A stretch of 64,000 bases of DNA, from positions 119,667 through 183,666 of IMG/VR virus record IMGVR_UViG_3300043447_000100. One strand, written 5' to 3'. This DNA is from a virus. Its lineage: Duplodnaviria > Caudoviricetes. The position numbers and the translations under genes were made by a program. Below the pieces are notes generated by a model. The model had not been told where the DNA came from and searched no databases. It saw only the letters and a list, made by a program, of their open reading frames with translations. Shown one piece after another: positions 30,229 through 40,523 of the stretch (positions are counted from its first letter, which is position 1; the number at the start of each line of letters is the position of its first letter).

Positions 30229-32304
30229 ATGAAAAAACTAATTGCGTCCGCAATTCTTGCGGTGGCGCCCGTACTCTCATGGGCGGATAATGTTTTAGTG
30301 ATTGATCCTGTTTACAGTAATCTAGCACAAAACGTAGAGAGTAGACTTGTAGCGGCTGGACACACCGTTACTATCACTACTGATACAACACAGATTCCAT
30401 CATCTACTGGTTCGTATCAGCAAGTATGGGACTTACGTCCACAAACAGCCTTATCATCAACAGAACAAACGGCCCTATCATCGTTTGTAACTGGTGGTGG
30501 TTTTGCCTACTTTGTGACAGAAAACCCAGGTTGCTGTATGGCACGTAACAATAGTGTTGCGGCGCTTATCACGAATCTAGGCGGCGGTACAACTAACATT
30601 GGTCCAGGTTGGGCTAACAACGTTGAATCAAATGTCAACACAACTTATATGACAAGTGGTATCACGGTAAACTATGCCGCTGTTGCCGCTATTGTAAACA
30701 GTCAAGGTATTCCACTTATCAGTGACGCTAACGGTAACGTATCTGGTATGAGTTGGATTGGTCGTGCTGGCGCTCTAGGCAGTGGCGTGACAGGTACTAT
30801 TGTAACTGTTGCTGACGTAAACTGGTTAGATGCTACTCGCTTCAATGCTACAGGCACAACAGCACAACAGCAGAACGTACAAGCACTAGATGATATCATT
30901 CGTGGTATCGTTGCTGGTACAGTAAGCGGCACAATCAGTGCTAGTGGTAATGGTTCTGGTGCTACTAACGGCAGTGGCGGCGGTAGCAGTAACAACAGCA
31001 ACAGTGGTCCATGGACTAACGCCGCAAACATTACTGTAAACAACAGTGGCACTATGATTGATGGCACTAACAACGGCGTATTCAACAACGCTGGCACAGT
31101 TGGTGCGGTTACTAACAACGGCATCTTTACAAACACTGGCACAATGGCTAGTATTGTAAACAACGGCACGTTCATTACTAACTCTACTACCTTAGCTACA
31201 TACTCACAGTCATCAACTGGCAGTACAGTACTAGACTATGGCAATCAGCTAACAGTAACTGGTGCCGCAACACTAGACGGTAACTTGACTCTACTAGGCA
31301 CAGTGCCATCAGTAGGTCGTTATACTGTTCTAACTGGTAACGGCGTAACTGGTACATACTCAAGCTACACTGGTGCTGGCGTACTACGATACACACCAAC
31401 TGAAGTTCAGTACTGGGTATTTCCATCCCAGCAAACTCTACAATCACAAGTTGACACACAAGCAACAGCACTAAGTCGTCTAACAGGCTTATCTGGCGCT
31501 TCAACACTAGGTTCACTAGGCAATGATTGTGGCAGTTTTGGTGATAAGGGTGGCTGTATTGCCGTCAACGTGGGCAGTAGTAAGACTGGTACTGGTGACC
31601 TAAACACAGCAGGTATTACAGTATCAAAGAGTATTGACGCTAACTGGAGAGCAGGTGTGTTTACATCATCTAACTTGAACAACCCAAGTTCTGGTGACGT
31701 AAGTTACGCAGCTAAGAACCCAGCACTAGGCGTAATGGTGGGCTGGAATGAAGGCGCTGATGGTATCGGCTACGGTGTAGGAGCATCAGCAGTTGTAAAC
31801 TCTGGAGACTACTCACTAGGCGGCTATCGTGCTGGTGCTAAGACTCAAGCATATCAAGTCAAAGCGACATTCACTAAGCCACTAGATGCTACTACATTCG
31901 TTACGCCATATGCGGGTGTTCGTTATAGTCGTACATCAGTAGATGGTTACACTGAAGTCGGCCCTGTATTCCCACTAACATTCGGCGGTGTTACACAAAC
32001 ATCAACTGACTTGTTAGTAGGTGTAAGTGCTTCTACCAAAGTAGCTGATGGTCTAACAGCCTCAGTAAACGCTGGTGTAGTACATAATCTAGACTACAAT
32101 GCTGGTACAGTAACAGCAACTGGTGAGCCAGGCACATACCAATCTAATCTAGTTGACACACGTAAGACAAGTGCCTCACTAGGTGCTGGTCTAAGCTACG
32201 CTATCGACAAGGAAACTAAGATCGGTGCTAGTATTGGCTGGCAACAGAAGGGCACAACATCTGATATCTCATCCGTTGGTGTAAACCTAACTAAGTCATT
32301 CTGA
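30229..32304 (+). CDS. Autotransporter-like outer-membrane protein
   Basis: Signal peptide MKKLIASAILAVAPVLSWA, Asn/Gly/Thr passenger repeats, beta-barrel with TPYAGVRY and terminal Phe. Confidence 0.8.
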   Translation: MKKLIASAILAVAPVLSWADNVLVIDPVYSNLAQNVESRLVAAGHTVTITTDTTQIPSSTGSYQQVWDLRPQTALSSTEQTALSSFVTGGGFAYFVTENPGCCMARNNSVAALITNLGGGTTNIGPGWANNVESNVNTTYMTSGITVNYAAVAAIVNSQGIPLISDANGNVSGMSWIGRAGALGSGVTGTIVTVADVNWLDATRFNATGTTAQQQNVQALDDIIRGIVAGTVSGTISASGNGSGATNGSGGGSSNNSNSGPWTNAANITVNNSGTMIDGTNNGVFNNAGTVGAVTNNGIFTNTGTMASIVNNGTFITNSTTLATYSQSSTGSTVLDYGNQLTVTGAATLDGNLTLLGTVPSVGRYTVLTGNGVTGTYSSYTGAGVLRYTPTEVQYWVFPSQQTLQSQVDTQATALSRLTGLSGASTLGSLGNDCGSFGDKGGCIAVNVGSSKTGTGDLNTAGITVSKSIDANWRAGVFTSSNLNNPSSGDVSYAAKNPALGVMVGWNEGADGIGYGVGASAVVNSGDYSLGGYRAGAKTQAYQVKATFTKPLDATTFVTPYAGVRYSRTSVDGYTEVGPVFPLTFGGVTQTSTDLLVGVSASTKVADGLTASVNAGVVHNLDYNAGTVTATGEPGTYQSNLVDTRKTSASLGAGLSYAIDKETKIGASIGWQQKGTTSDISSVGVNLTKSF

Positions 32305-32320
32305 TTTTATTCAGACTAGA

Positions 32321-32352
32321 GAATGGCGTACTAAGTACAGTACGCCATTTTT
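32321..32352 (+). terminator. Rho-independent terminator
   Basis: AATGGCGTACT-aagtac-AGTACGCCATTTTT. Confidence 0.85.
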
Positions 32353-32434
32353 CTTTGTGTAAAGTATCTGTTTACTTGTGTGCTTTGGATAAAGTAAATA
32401 TTGACTCCGTGTAAAAAAGTGTTATAATAGTTAG

Positions 32435-32596
32435 ATGAAGAAACTATGGAGAATATGGGCAAAAGCACTAGGCGAGAAAAGTGGCAACACTGACGCCGAG
32501 AGTGACTTGATTGCCCTAGTCAGAACTGTTATAATACTAACTTATCTGGTCACAAACTGCTTTATCGTAGCAGGTGTGATTCGTCATTGGAATTAA
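32435..32596 (+). CDS. Small membrane protein (53 aa, not in ORF track)
   Basis: MKKLWRIWAKALGEKSG...FIVAGVIRHWN, one TM segment, behind TTGACT..TATAAT (32401-32428). Confidence 0.7.
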   Translation: MKKLWRIWAKALGEKSGNTDAESDLIALVRTVIILTYLVTNCFIVAGVIRHWN

Positions 32597-32597
32597 C

Positions 32598-33206
32598 ATG
32601 AGAATTGATGAAATTTTAAGAATCTCGACTCAGGACTTCCCGATTAGAAATGTTCAAAAGTTGTTGCCAATGACCAAAGATGGCTACGGTACAATCGATG
32701 ATCTTCAAGTGAGATATCTTGAGAGTGGTGATGAGCGCATAATTATTTTATCTAACGGAGATAAAATAGCGGCTTTTGCTGGATTTATTTCTAGACTAAA
32801 CGGTAAAGTTTGGCAAGCCAAGAATTTACAAACTTATGGAGAGTACAGAGGAAATAATTTAGGTGCTAAAATATATAAGTACGTAAAAGAGATAATGAAA
32901 AAGTCCATTCAGAGTGATGTAGAGCAATCAAGTTCGGCGGAAAAATTGTGGACAAAAACTTTGCCAAGTTTAGGGATATATCCAAAAATATTCGACACTG
33001 AAACTGAATATATCATTGATGAATCTAATCCTAACGCTTATCGAGTAGCCATTGAGAAGTTATATACTTCGAACGAAAACGACCCTGACAAATTTAGATA
33101 TACATGGATACTGGAACAGTCGGATCACTATGCGGAACACAGTATTCTAAAAGAGAATCAACTACTGATGCCATATACGGGCATATGGTATAACTTTAAA
33201 ACATAG
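32598..33206 (+). CDS. GNAT-fold-like protein
   Basis: EYRGNNLGAKIY acetyl-CoA loop-like; SDVEQSSSAEKLW. Confidence 0.5.
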   Translation: MRIDEILRISTQDFPIRNVQKLLPMTKDGYGTIDDLQVRYLESGDERIIILSNGDKIAAFAGFISRLNGKVWQAKNLQTYGEYRGNNLGAKIYKYVKEIMKKSIQSDVEQSSSAEKLWTKTLPSLGIYPKIFDTETEYIIDESNPNAYRVAIEKLYTSNENDPDKFRYTWILEQSDHYAEHSILKENQLLMPYTGIWYNFKT

Positions 33207-33216
33207 AAAGAATAAA

Positions 33217-33906
33217 ATGAGCGAAGGACAATACGATTATAAAAATGATGACAACACCAGGTGGCATTTCTACGAGTCTTGGTTACAGGAGATGCCTCAG
33301 AGAATCAAGGCAAGAAATGACTTTCCAGGGTTGTTGAATAATTTACAAGAATTTATTTCTATATTTGGTGAAAACCAGATCAGTCAAAACATATTCAAAT
33401 CAGAAAGCGAATCAACTCTCTATGTGTTCGGTAGACTTTCCAACGAAGTATCAGTAATAACTTATATGGAAAAAACACAACAGTCTGTAAAAATAATGAA
33501 CACTCAGAAAAATGAAAAATTCAAAGGCACAAGGCCAGGGGCCGTTGATCTCTATCTGAACGCTCTTGAAATAGTAAAACCAAAATCCCTTATGTTTACT
33601 AGTGACAATCAAATGACTGATCGTGGTTTGGAAATATGGAAGAAATTATTGTCTATGGGAAAACATATTAGTGTTTATGACGTAACTAATAAATCAAGAG
33701 CTGGTCAGACCCTGAAGCAACTAAGTTCGCCTGAAGAGTTGGAACAATACTTTAGAAATGATCTTGTCGGACAGCATTACCGATATGTACTATCTGAATC
33801 AATAGAAGAATTCAATAATTACACATATTGTAATTTTATGACAAGAAGAATATGCGAAAGCGCTGGAACAATAAATGATGATTTTTACAAGGACGAAGAC
33901 AAATGA
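33217..33906 (+). CDS. GNAT-fold-like protein
   Basis: SDNQMTDRGLEIWKKL resembles the neighbour's motif; AT-rich. Confidence 0.45.
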   Translation: MSEGQYDYKNDDNTRWHFYESWLQEMPQRIKARNDFPGLLNNLQEFISIFGENQISQNIFKSESESTLYVFGRLSNEVSVITYMEKTQQSVKIMNTQKNEKFKGTRPGAVDLYLNALEIVKPKSLMFTSDNQMTDRGLEIWKKLLSMGKHISVYDVTNKSRAGQTLKQLSSPEELEQYFRNDLVGQHYRYVLSESIEEFNNYTYCNFMTRRICESAGTINDDFYKDEDK

Positions 33907-33917
33907 GCAAAGAACAA

Positions 33918-34412
33918 TCAAGGAACAATCTGCCAACCACTGACAGATTTTCTTTTGCCTCTTATTACTTCTATCAAATTACTTTGATGAACATTATAAG
34001 TGTTGGCCATCTCGTACTGAGTAGCGGTTATTATCTGGCCAGTCGTCTTATTTTTAAAAGTATGCGTGGAGGGGTCGTATGATGGATGAGAGATTCCCTT
34101 CTTTAACAAATGATGTGTGCCGTTCTGTACTCTTTGATTATTTGCTAGAGTCGCTATCTCGGACAACTTGTCCGATGACATTCCCATTCTATGAGCAATC
34201 ATTTGACACGCTTTGTATTCACCGAGAGAATAATGAATATCATAGTGTTCTTGAAGTGATACTGCTTTTAGATTGGAAGGCTCATTGTTTTGATGGTCAC
34301 CGTCGATATGATGAATGTCAAATCGTCGACCAAATTCATCCTTTGGAATCTCTCCAAAATGTTTTATATAGATATGCCTATAATTAATATGCTTTCTTTT
34401 ATAAAATTTCAT
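33918..34412 (-). CDS. HNH homing endonuclease
   Basis: DIHHIDGDHQNNEPSNL..EHYDIH; C-terminal NUMOD1-like HTH. Confidence 0.88.
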   Translation of the reverse strand: MKFYKRKHINYRHIYIKHFGEIPKDEFGRRFDIHHIDGDHQNNEPSNLKAVSLQEHYDIHYSLGEYKACQMIAHRMGMSSDKLSEIATLANNQRVQNGTHHLLKKGISHPSYDPSTHTFKNKTTGQIITATQYEMANTYNVHQSNLIEVIRGKRKSVSGWQIVP

Positions 34413-34437
34413 CAACTATTTATATAAATATTACACT

Positions 34438-35547
34438 ATGTCAAAAGAACAATACAATTTGAGCCAACAAACAAACTATCTAAAACGAACAATGTTTCTT
34501 GACCCTGCTGGTCCAGTAACAGTACAACGCTTTGAAGAAGTCAAGTACCCAAAGATTGCTAAGTACGAAGAAACAGCACGTGGATTCTTCTGGGTGCCTG
34601 AAGAAGTCTCACTAACAAAAGACAAGATTGACCATAAAGATGCGACAGATGCTATCAAGCACATCTTTACTAGTAATCTACTTCGTCAAACAGCACTAGA
34701 CTCTATTCAAGGTCGTGCGCCAGCACAAGTGTTCGGCCCAGTTATCTCTATCCCTGAACTTGAAGGCTTAGTAAGTAACTGGTCATTCTTTGAAACTAAC
34801 ATTCACTCTAAGTCATACTCACACATCATTCGTAACGTCTATGGTGTCCCTAAAGAAGTATTCAATACAATTCACGACACAAAAGAAATCGTAGACATGG
34901 CTTCTAGCGTAGGTCGCTACTATGATGAGTTACACAAACTCAACTGTATCAAAGAAACAGACGGCGACCCAAACAACTGCCCAGAGAAGTCACACATCAA
35001 AGCAATCTGGCTAGCACTACACGCCTCTTACGCACTAGAAGCCTTACGTTTCATGGTATCATTTGCTACATCCTTAGCGATGGTCGAGAACAAGATTTAC
35101 ATCGGCAACGGCAACATCATTTCACTCATCCTACAAGATGAATTGTTACACACAGAGTGGACAGCATGGCTAATCAACAACGTAGTCAAAGATGACCCTA
35201 GATTCGCCGCTATCGTAGATGAATGTGCCGCTGAAGTATATGCCTTATATGAGTCAGTCATTGCCGAAGAAAAAGCATGGGCAGACTACTTATTCATCAA
35301 GGGCCCAGTTATTGGCCTAAACGCTGAAATCTTAAAAGACTTTGTTGACTTCACTGCTTTCAACAGACTAAAAGATATCGGCATCCGCTATCAAGGCGCT
35401 CACCCCAAGACTACTCCTATTCCATGGTTCAACAAACACGTGAACATTGGCAAGAAGCAGTCAGCACTACAAGAGACAGAATCAACAAACTATGTTATCG
35501 GCGTTATGTCCGATACTGTTGACAAAGAAGCCCTACCCGCGCTATAA
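34438..35547 (+). CDS. nrdB: Ribonucleotide reductase class Ia beta subunit
   Basis: FFWVPEE, LDSIQG, ETNIHSKSY, LEALRF, QDELLH. Confidence 0.96.
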   Translation: MSKEQYNLSQQTNYLKRTMFLDPAGPVTVQRFEEVKYPKIAKYEETARGFFWVPEEVSLTKDKIDHKDATDAIKHIFTSNLLRQTALDSIQGRAPAQVFGPVISIPELEGLVSNWSFFETNIHSKSYSHIIRNVYGVPKEVFNTIHDTKEIVDMASSVGRYYDELHKLNCIKETDGDPNNCPEKSHIKAIWLALHASYALEALRFMVSFATSLAMVENKIYIGNGNIISLILQDELLHTEWTAWLINNVVKDDPRFAAIVDECAAEVYALYESVIAEEKAWADYLFIKGPVIGLNAEILKDFVDFTAFNRLKDIGIRYQGAHPKTTPIPWFNKHVNIGKKQSALQETESTNYVIGVMSDTVDKEALPAL

Positions 35548-35568
35548 TATAATACAAAGGAAAATAAA

Positions 35569-35814
35569 ATGATTAAAGTATACGGCAAACCACAGTGCCC
35601 ATTCTGTGACCAAGCAAAAGCACTCCTAGAGAGTAAAGGTGTCGAGTATGAATACATCGACATTACTAAACAACCAGAAGCTCGTGAGATGTTAGTCGAA
35701 GCGGGCTTCCGCTCGGTACCACAAATCTACAACGGCACACACCACATCCCAGGCGGCTTTCAAGGCTTAGCTGGTATGTCAGAAGAAGAATTTAACACAA
35801 AGGTAAGAAACTAA
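35569..35814 (+). CDS. Glutaredoxin
   Basis: CPFC, SVPQI, GGF. Confidence 0.92.
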   Translation: MIKVYGKPQCPFCDQAKALLESKGVEYEYIDITKQPEAREMLVEAGFRSVPQIYNGTHHIPGGFQGLAGMSEEEFNTKVRN

Positions 35815-36119
35815 TGCAACTCGCACTAAAACCAAACACAGTATACACGTTTAAGCTAACAAGTGGTGAAGAACTAATCACTAAAGTTATTCAGTCAGGC
35901 GGCGACTTCCTAAAAATTGAAGAGCCTGTATCCATCGCTCCTAGCGCCAAGGGCATGGGCTTTATGCCAACAGTATTTACTGCTGATCCTAAGGGAGAAT
36001 TCATGCTAAATACTAGTACTATCACTGTGTATTCTGAAACTGATGAAGATATCAAGATGAAGTATCTTGAAGCAACAACAGGCATCAAAGTACCAGAGAA
36101 GAAAATCGTACTAGGATAA
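35814..36119 (+). CDS. Sm-like-fold hypothetical phage protein
   Basis: FKLTSGEELI..Y..ATTGI pattern. Confidence 0.6.
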   Translation: MQLALKPNTVYTFKLTSGEELITKVIQSGGDFLKIEEPVSIAPSAKGMGFMPTVFTADPKGEFMLNTSTITVYSETDEDIKMKYLEATTGIKVPEKKIVLG

Positions 36120-36122
36120 ACA

Positions 36123-36407
36123 ATGGCTGGATTGAGCAGAGTAGGAGATACAAACGGAGTTGGCGGCACCCTAACGAACGCGGCAAGCACCGTGTTTATC
36201 AACGGCAAGCCAGCCGCGCTTCACGTGAGTCCTATTACTCCTCATTCACCATTTGGTAGACCACATCCACCACATGCTTCATCAAAAACAACTGGCGGTG
36301 TAACATCTACGGTATTCATTGAAGGTAAACCAGCAGTTATGAAGGGTACAAGTACATCTTGTGGACATAGCATAGCAGACGGTAGCGGAGACGTATTCGG
36401 ATCATGA
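36123..36407 (+). CDS. PAAR spike-tip protein
   Basis: RVGD, VFINGKPAA, His-rich loop, SCGH..GSGDVF. Confidence 0.88.
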   Translation: MAGLSRVGDTNGVGGTLTNAASTVFINGKPAALHVSPITPHSPFGRPHPPHASSKTTGGVTSTVFIEGKPAVMKGTSTSCGHSIADGSGDVFGS

Positions 36408-38983
36408 GTTTTTCAGGCAAATTTACCCCACTACAACTAAACGTACTAAGTTCATTCACTGGTGCGCCTAATCACGCAGCCGATTCGACACTAGGTATAC
36501 CTGCTAATACTTCTGGTGATCCTGAAGGCATTGAAATTTCTAGTGCTACTAGAACTTACGCCGGTTCATGGTCAACTAGTTATACACCAGGCAAGTTAGT
36601 AAACGATACCGCCTTAAAAAATCTAACTCTTGCTATTCAAACAGCATACACTAACTTAGGCGCAACCCCATCTCAAGCTAACGTTAACATCTACAGAGCA
36701 ATGCTACAAATAGGACAAAGCGTTTGCCCTGCGTTGGGTAACAGCAGACCAGACACATTCATGCCTACATACGCTGGTTACGGCAGTTGGGACGAAACAA
36801 CCGGCAATCAGTTGAGTGGTAACTACCCGCCTAAAAACTACCCGGCTGTCACTAAGTACAGTTATGTACAACAGGCCGCAGGTAAACTAGCATGGCTCTA
36901 TTCTTGGCCAGCACGAGCATACACAACGGGCGGCCAAGATCAAATCAGCAGTTGGCAAAAACCATACGACTCCTACAAAGCTATTCTTGAACCTACAGCA
37001 ACAGACGGCTTAAACTCAATCACGCTATTAGGCACCGCTTACAACAATGAGTATGATGCTTATTTCAAAGACGGCTTCATCGGTACTATTGCTAAGCAAG
37101 CATACTATGAAATGTGGCGCGGTAAATCATTCAACAGATTCAACCTATTCTGCGATTCATTTCAGAAAGCATATTCGTTCAAAGAATCACAAAACAAGCG
37201 CATCGCAAGTTTAGCAAACTCTAAGAGTTTCAAAAGCGGCATGTTTAGTAACATGGACGATTTGACTACCAGTGATATCAGTGGCGTGTCTATTGCGTTT
37301 GCTGCATTCGGTACAGACTTGTTAAACACAGGTAGAGCAATCGACTTATCACAAATCAACAAGTTCGGACTACCTAGCGTATTACTACGCACCTTACAAG
37401 ACAACAAGTGCTTAACACAAGCAGTCAAAATTGCTATGACCTTGTATTCTGATTTACAAGCAACAGAAGTACTTGACATACTATCAACAGATTACACACC
37501 GACAAATGAGCAAGAAGTAAAACTCTACAAATCATTCGGCTTAATTACAGGCAATGACTTAGATGAAATCTTATTCTCTCTAAACTGTAAAACAGCAGGC
37601 ATTACTTACCTAAGCGACTTACTTGATATCAAGAAGTTGATGCCTACTTCATACACAACCCTAACTGTACCTCAGTACAACTTAGACAGAAACATATCTA
37701 ACAGTGCTAAGATTTACAAGTTCATTTTCAGCGGCAGCGGCGCTAACCCTTCAATCGAAAACTGGGGTACATATCTAGAAGGCATTCTTTCAAAAGACTT
37801 AGTGCTTACTAACGGCGCATTTTCAATGACAATGCAACAAATCAAGTTCATTAGAAGTATGAAGATTGAAAAGTTCGCCCAGATTGTTGCTAACCTAGAG
37901 TTAGTAACTAAGGGCATGAACTTGATTACGACTACAAACGGCACAGCAGTAAACACCTCATTCGTAGACAATACACTTGATAAGATAGCGTTAGGTACTG
38001 GCGCTGACGGCACATATAAGATGGCTGATTTCTTTGGCTCGGCTGCTGGCTATCCATACATTGATTATTATTACGATAAAATTATTTCGTCAATCAACTC
38101 ATTAGCTACTACCGCACTCAAAGACATATACACTCAGATGTTAGCAGCCGCTACAGCGTCAAACTGGTCATTACTAAGCACTAAGATCGTCGAAGCAAAC
38201 GCAGAAATCGCCGCAATTAGAACTAGAAGCACAATAAATGCGGCTCAGATGGATCAACTCAATTTCATGTGGAACAAACTAGGTTCACAAATGACTACTG
38301 AGCAAAGAATGCAGCCGTATGTTATTGATAATCCTCAACAACTGCTAGAGAACGTACCTGAATTCAGTGTTGAGAGTTTCGTAAGTCAAATTGAAGCGTA
38401 TGCTATTGACAATGCTGACGGTCAAAGTTCTAGAATTTTAGGCTTACTATCTGACCAACGCTATGTTGGTGGCCAATCACTAGTTGCCGCACTCAGAGAA
38501 GCACGTAACGCAACACGATTAGAGCGAACTGACGGCGAACTACAGAACGATGTCAGCAATTATGTTGATACTTGTGCTGCAAGTGCTCTGGCCACCGTTG
38601 TAAACGGCACTATAACGGCAGTTACGATAAATACATCAGGAGCTGGATACTCAGTTGCCAATCCACCATCAGTGATGGTGTATCCGGTCAACGTGGATGT
38701 ACAAGCCACATTCACTCCTAAAATATCTACCATTGATGGTAGTGTGACCAGTATCGTTGTTACTAACGGAGGTAAAGGATACAATCAAGATACGGTCCGT
38801 TTGGTGATTCAATCACCGCCACAGTGTCAGTACTCTGATAGCTCATCGCAACAGAGTCTAGTAGACACACCTTGGGGCCAATTAGTTGAACCTGAACTAA
38901 TAGCCGATACATCAAGCCAGCTTGATGTCCAAGAAGCCATCGCCCAAGTTACCCTATGTAACTGCGATTGCTGGGACGTATAA
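36404..38983 (+). CDS. Large putative baseplate/tail structural protein
   Basis: Coupled to PAAR; C-terminal ITxxGxGY repeats. Confidence 0.55.
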   Translation: MSFSGKFTPLQLNVLSSFTGAPNHAADSTLGIPANTSGDPEGIEISSATRTYAGSWSTSYTPGKLVNDTALKNLTLAIQTAYTNLGATPSQANVNIYRAMLQIGQSVCPALGNSRPDTFMPTYAGYGSWDETTGNQLSGNYPPKNYPAVTKYSYVQQAAGKLAWLYSWPARAYTTGGQDQISSWQKPYDSYKAILEPTATDGLNSITLLGTAYNNEYDAYFKDGFIGTIAKQAYYEMWRGKSFNRFNLFCDSFQKAYSFKESQNKRIASLANSKSFKSGMFSNMDDLTTSDISGVSIAFAAFGTDLLNTGRAIDLSQINKFGLPSVLLRTLQDNKCLTQAVKIAMTLYSDLQATEVLDILSTDYTPTNEQEVKLYKSFGLITGNDLDEILFSLNCKTAGITYLSDLLDIKKLMPTSYTTLTVPQYNLDRNISNSAKIYKFIFSGSGANPSIENWGTYLEGILSKDLVLTNGAFSMTMQQIKFIRSMKIEKFAQIVANLELVTKGMNLITTTNGTAVNTSFVDNTLDKIALGTGADGTYKMADFFGSAAGYPYIDYYYDKIISSINSLATTALKDIYTQMLAAATASNWSLLSTKIVEANAEIAAIRTRSTINAAQMDQLNFMWNKLGSQMTTEQRMQPYVIDNPQQLLENVPEFSVESFVSQIEAYAIDNADGQSSRILGLLSDQRYVGGQSLVAALREARNATRLERTDGELQNDVSNYVDTCAASALATVVNGTITAVTINTSGAGYSVANPPSVMVYPVNVDVQATFTPKISTIDGSVTSIVVTNGGKGYNQDTVRLVIQSPPQCQYSDSSSQQSLVDTPWGQLVEPELIADTSSQLDVQEAIAQVTLCNCDCWDV

Positions 38984-39033
38984 CAATAATAACAAGTCTT
39001 CAGCTTAGCTTCTTACGAGTCAAAGGACAATCT

Positions 39034-39594
39034 ATGCTTATTTCAAGAAGCGTTATAACGCTATGCGTTATGCTATTCGCTACATTTTTTGTAGCATCAA
39101 ATCTAGGTCAGTCGCAGCCAATGCCACTACCACCAGTAGCCAAATTAGATATCAAGCAAGCACAATGTATTGCCACTGCTATCTACTACGAAGCACGTAA
39201 CGAACCACTAGCAGGCCAAGTAGCAGTTGCTAAAGTCATTATGAACAGAGTGCTACACAAGTTTGCTAAAGACCCATGCTCAGTTGTGTATCAACGCACA
39301 CCTATCGCAGACAGTAGTGGCAATGTTGTGGGCACCTTATGTCAATTCTCATGGGTATGTGAGAATCGTGGCCAGCCCAGCATCAAAAGCGCAAAGTATG
39401 CTCAAGCACTAGCAATCGCTACAGAAGTAATGATTACTGACAAGTGGGACAACTTACTGCCTAATAACGTGCTGTTCTTTCACGCAATCACGGCCGCACC
39501 TCAGTGGGTCTATAAGAAAGTAACAACAATCGGCAATCACGTATTCTACAGCAAAGGCCGAGAAAAGAAAGTTACTTCTGATAAGAAGGCTTGA
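39034..39594 (+). CDS. SleB-like cell-wall hydrolase (Hydrolase_2)
   Basis: CIATAIYYEARNE, VIMNRV, CQFSW, IGNHVFY; N-terminal signal/anchor. Confidence 0.9.
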   Translation: MLISRSVITLCVMLFATFFVASNLGQSQPMPLPPVAKLDIKQAQCIATAIYYEARNEPLAGQVAVAKVIMNRVLHKFAKDPCSVVYQRTPIADSSGNVVGTLCQFSWVCENRGQPSIKSAKYAQALAIATEVMITDKWDNLLPNNVLFFHAITAAPQWVYKKVTTIGNHVFYSKGREKKVTSDKKA

Positions 39595-40327
39595 AGCGTA
39601 GCAGTTTCAACACATAATACGTTACATCAATCTGCCACCACTTCTCACCAAAGTTCATTTGTGTAGGAGTAGCGTGGTGATTGTTGTGCCAACCTTCGCC
39701 CCAAACAAAGATGCCAGTCAACCAGTGATTAGTGCTTGTATCTTTGCTTTCGTGATCTTGCCAACCTACCATGTGTGATAATGTGTTGATACTGCTACCA
39801 GCATGCCACAAAATAAAGCTAGGGAACAACCATAGATATATGATAGCAAACGGGTCATAAGTCCAGCAAGCAACCGCATACAAGCCATGAACTAGCCAAT
39901 AGTTCTTGTGTAATTGTAGATGAAATTTGCTACGTAGCATATCAGGCACATATCGAACATGCGGTTCATGAAACATACTGAAGAACTGTACCTTCCACCA
40001 TGGTTGATGGTGTGGCGAGTGTGGGTCACGATCGGTGTCTGTGAAGCGATGATGCTCACGATGTACAGAGCACCACGCAATAGTGCTACCTGTACCGCCG
40101 ATGGTGCCACACAAACTACCAAAATATTCCCACCACTTAGGCGCCAAGTAACTCTTGTGACTGAGTAAGCGATGATATGTGCCACTCATGCCAATCGAGC
40201 CAGTAAAGAAGAACACGACAAACGCGGCAAGATAATGTTGCCAGCTACCCCACATCAACATAAATATCACGCTAATGTGAGTAATGATCTGGAATAATAA
40301 TAGGTAGTTTATTTTGGATGTTTTCAT
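39572..40327 (-). CDS. Membrane fatty-acid (delta-9-like) desaturase
   Basis: His boxes HRLLSH, HREHH, GEGWHNNHH; DTDRDPHSP. Confidence 0.9.
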   Translation of the reverse strand: MKTSKINYLLLFQIITHISVIFMLMWGSWQHYLAAFVVFFFTGSIGMSGTYHRLLSHKSYLAPKWWEYFGSLCGTIGGTGSTIAWCSVHREHHRFTDTDRDPHSPHHQPWWKVQFFSMFHEPHVRYVPDMLRSKFHLQLHKNYWLVHGLYAVACWTYDPFAIIYLWLFPSFILWHAGSSINTLSHMVGWQDHESKDTSTNHWLTGIFVWGEGWHNNHHATPTQMNFGEKWWQIDVTYYVLKLLRFKPSYQK

Positions 40328-40367
40328 TATCATATTTAGTTGACAACAACTAACAAGGAGTATTATA

Positions 40368-40523
40368 ATGAGTGACGGCGGTAAAGGCAGTAAGCCTAGA
40401 CCATTTTCCATTCCACAGGAAGAGTTCGGTAACAGAATTGATGCTATCTTTGGTAAGAAGCAACCACGCCCACAATGGGTACCACCACCTCTACCTGATA
40501 CCAACAAGCAAGAACAGAAATGA
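40368..40523 (+). CDS. Small hypothetical protein (51 aa, not in ORF track)
   Basis: AAGGAG RBS; MSDGGKGSKPRP...; ATGA overlap with next gene. Confidence 0.65.
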   Translation: MSDGGKGSKPRPFSIPQEEFGNRIDAIFGKKQPRPQWVPPPLPDTNKQEQK

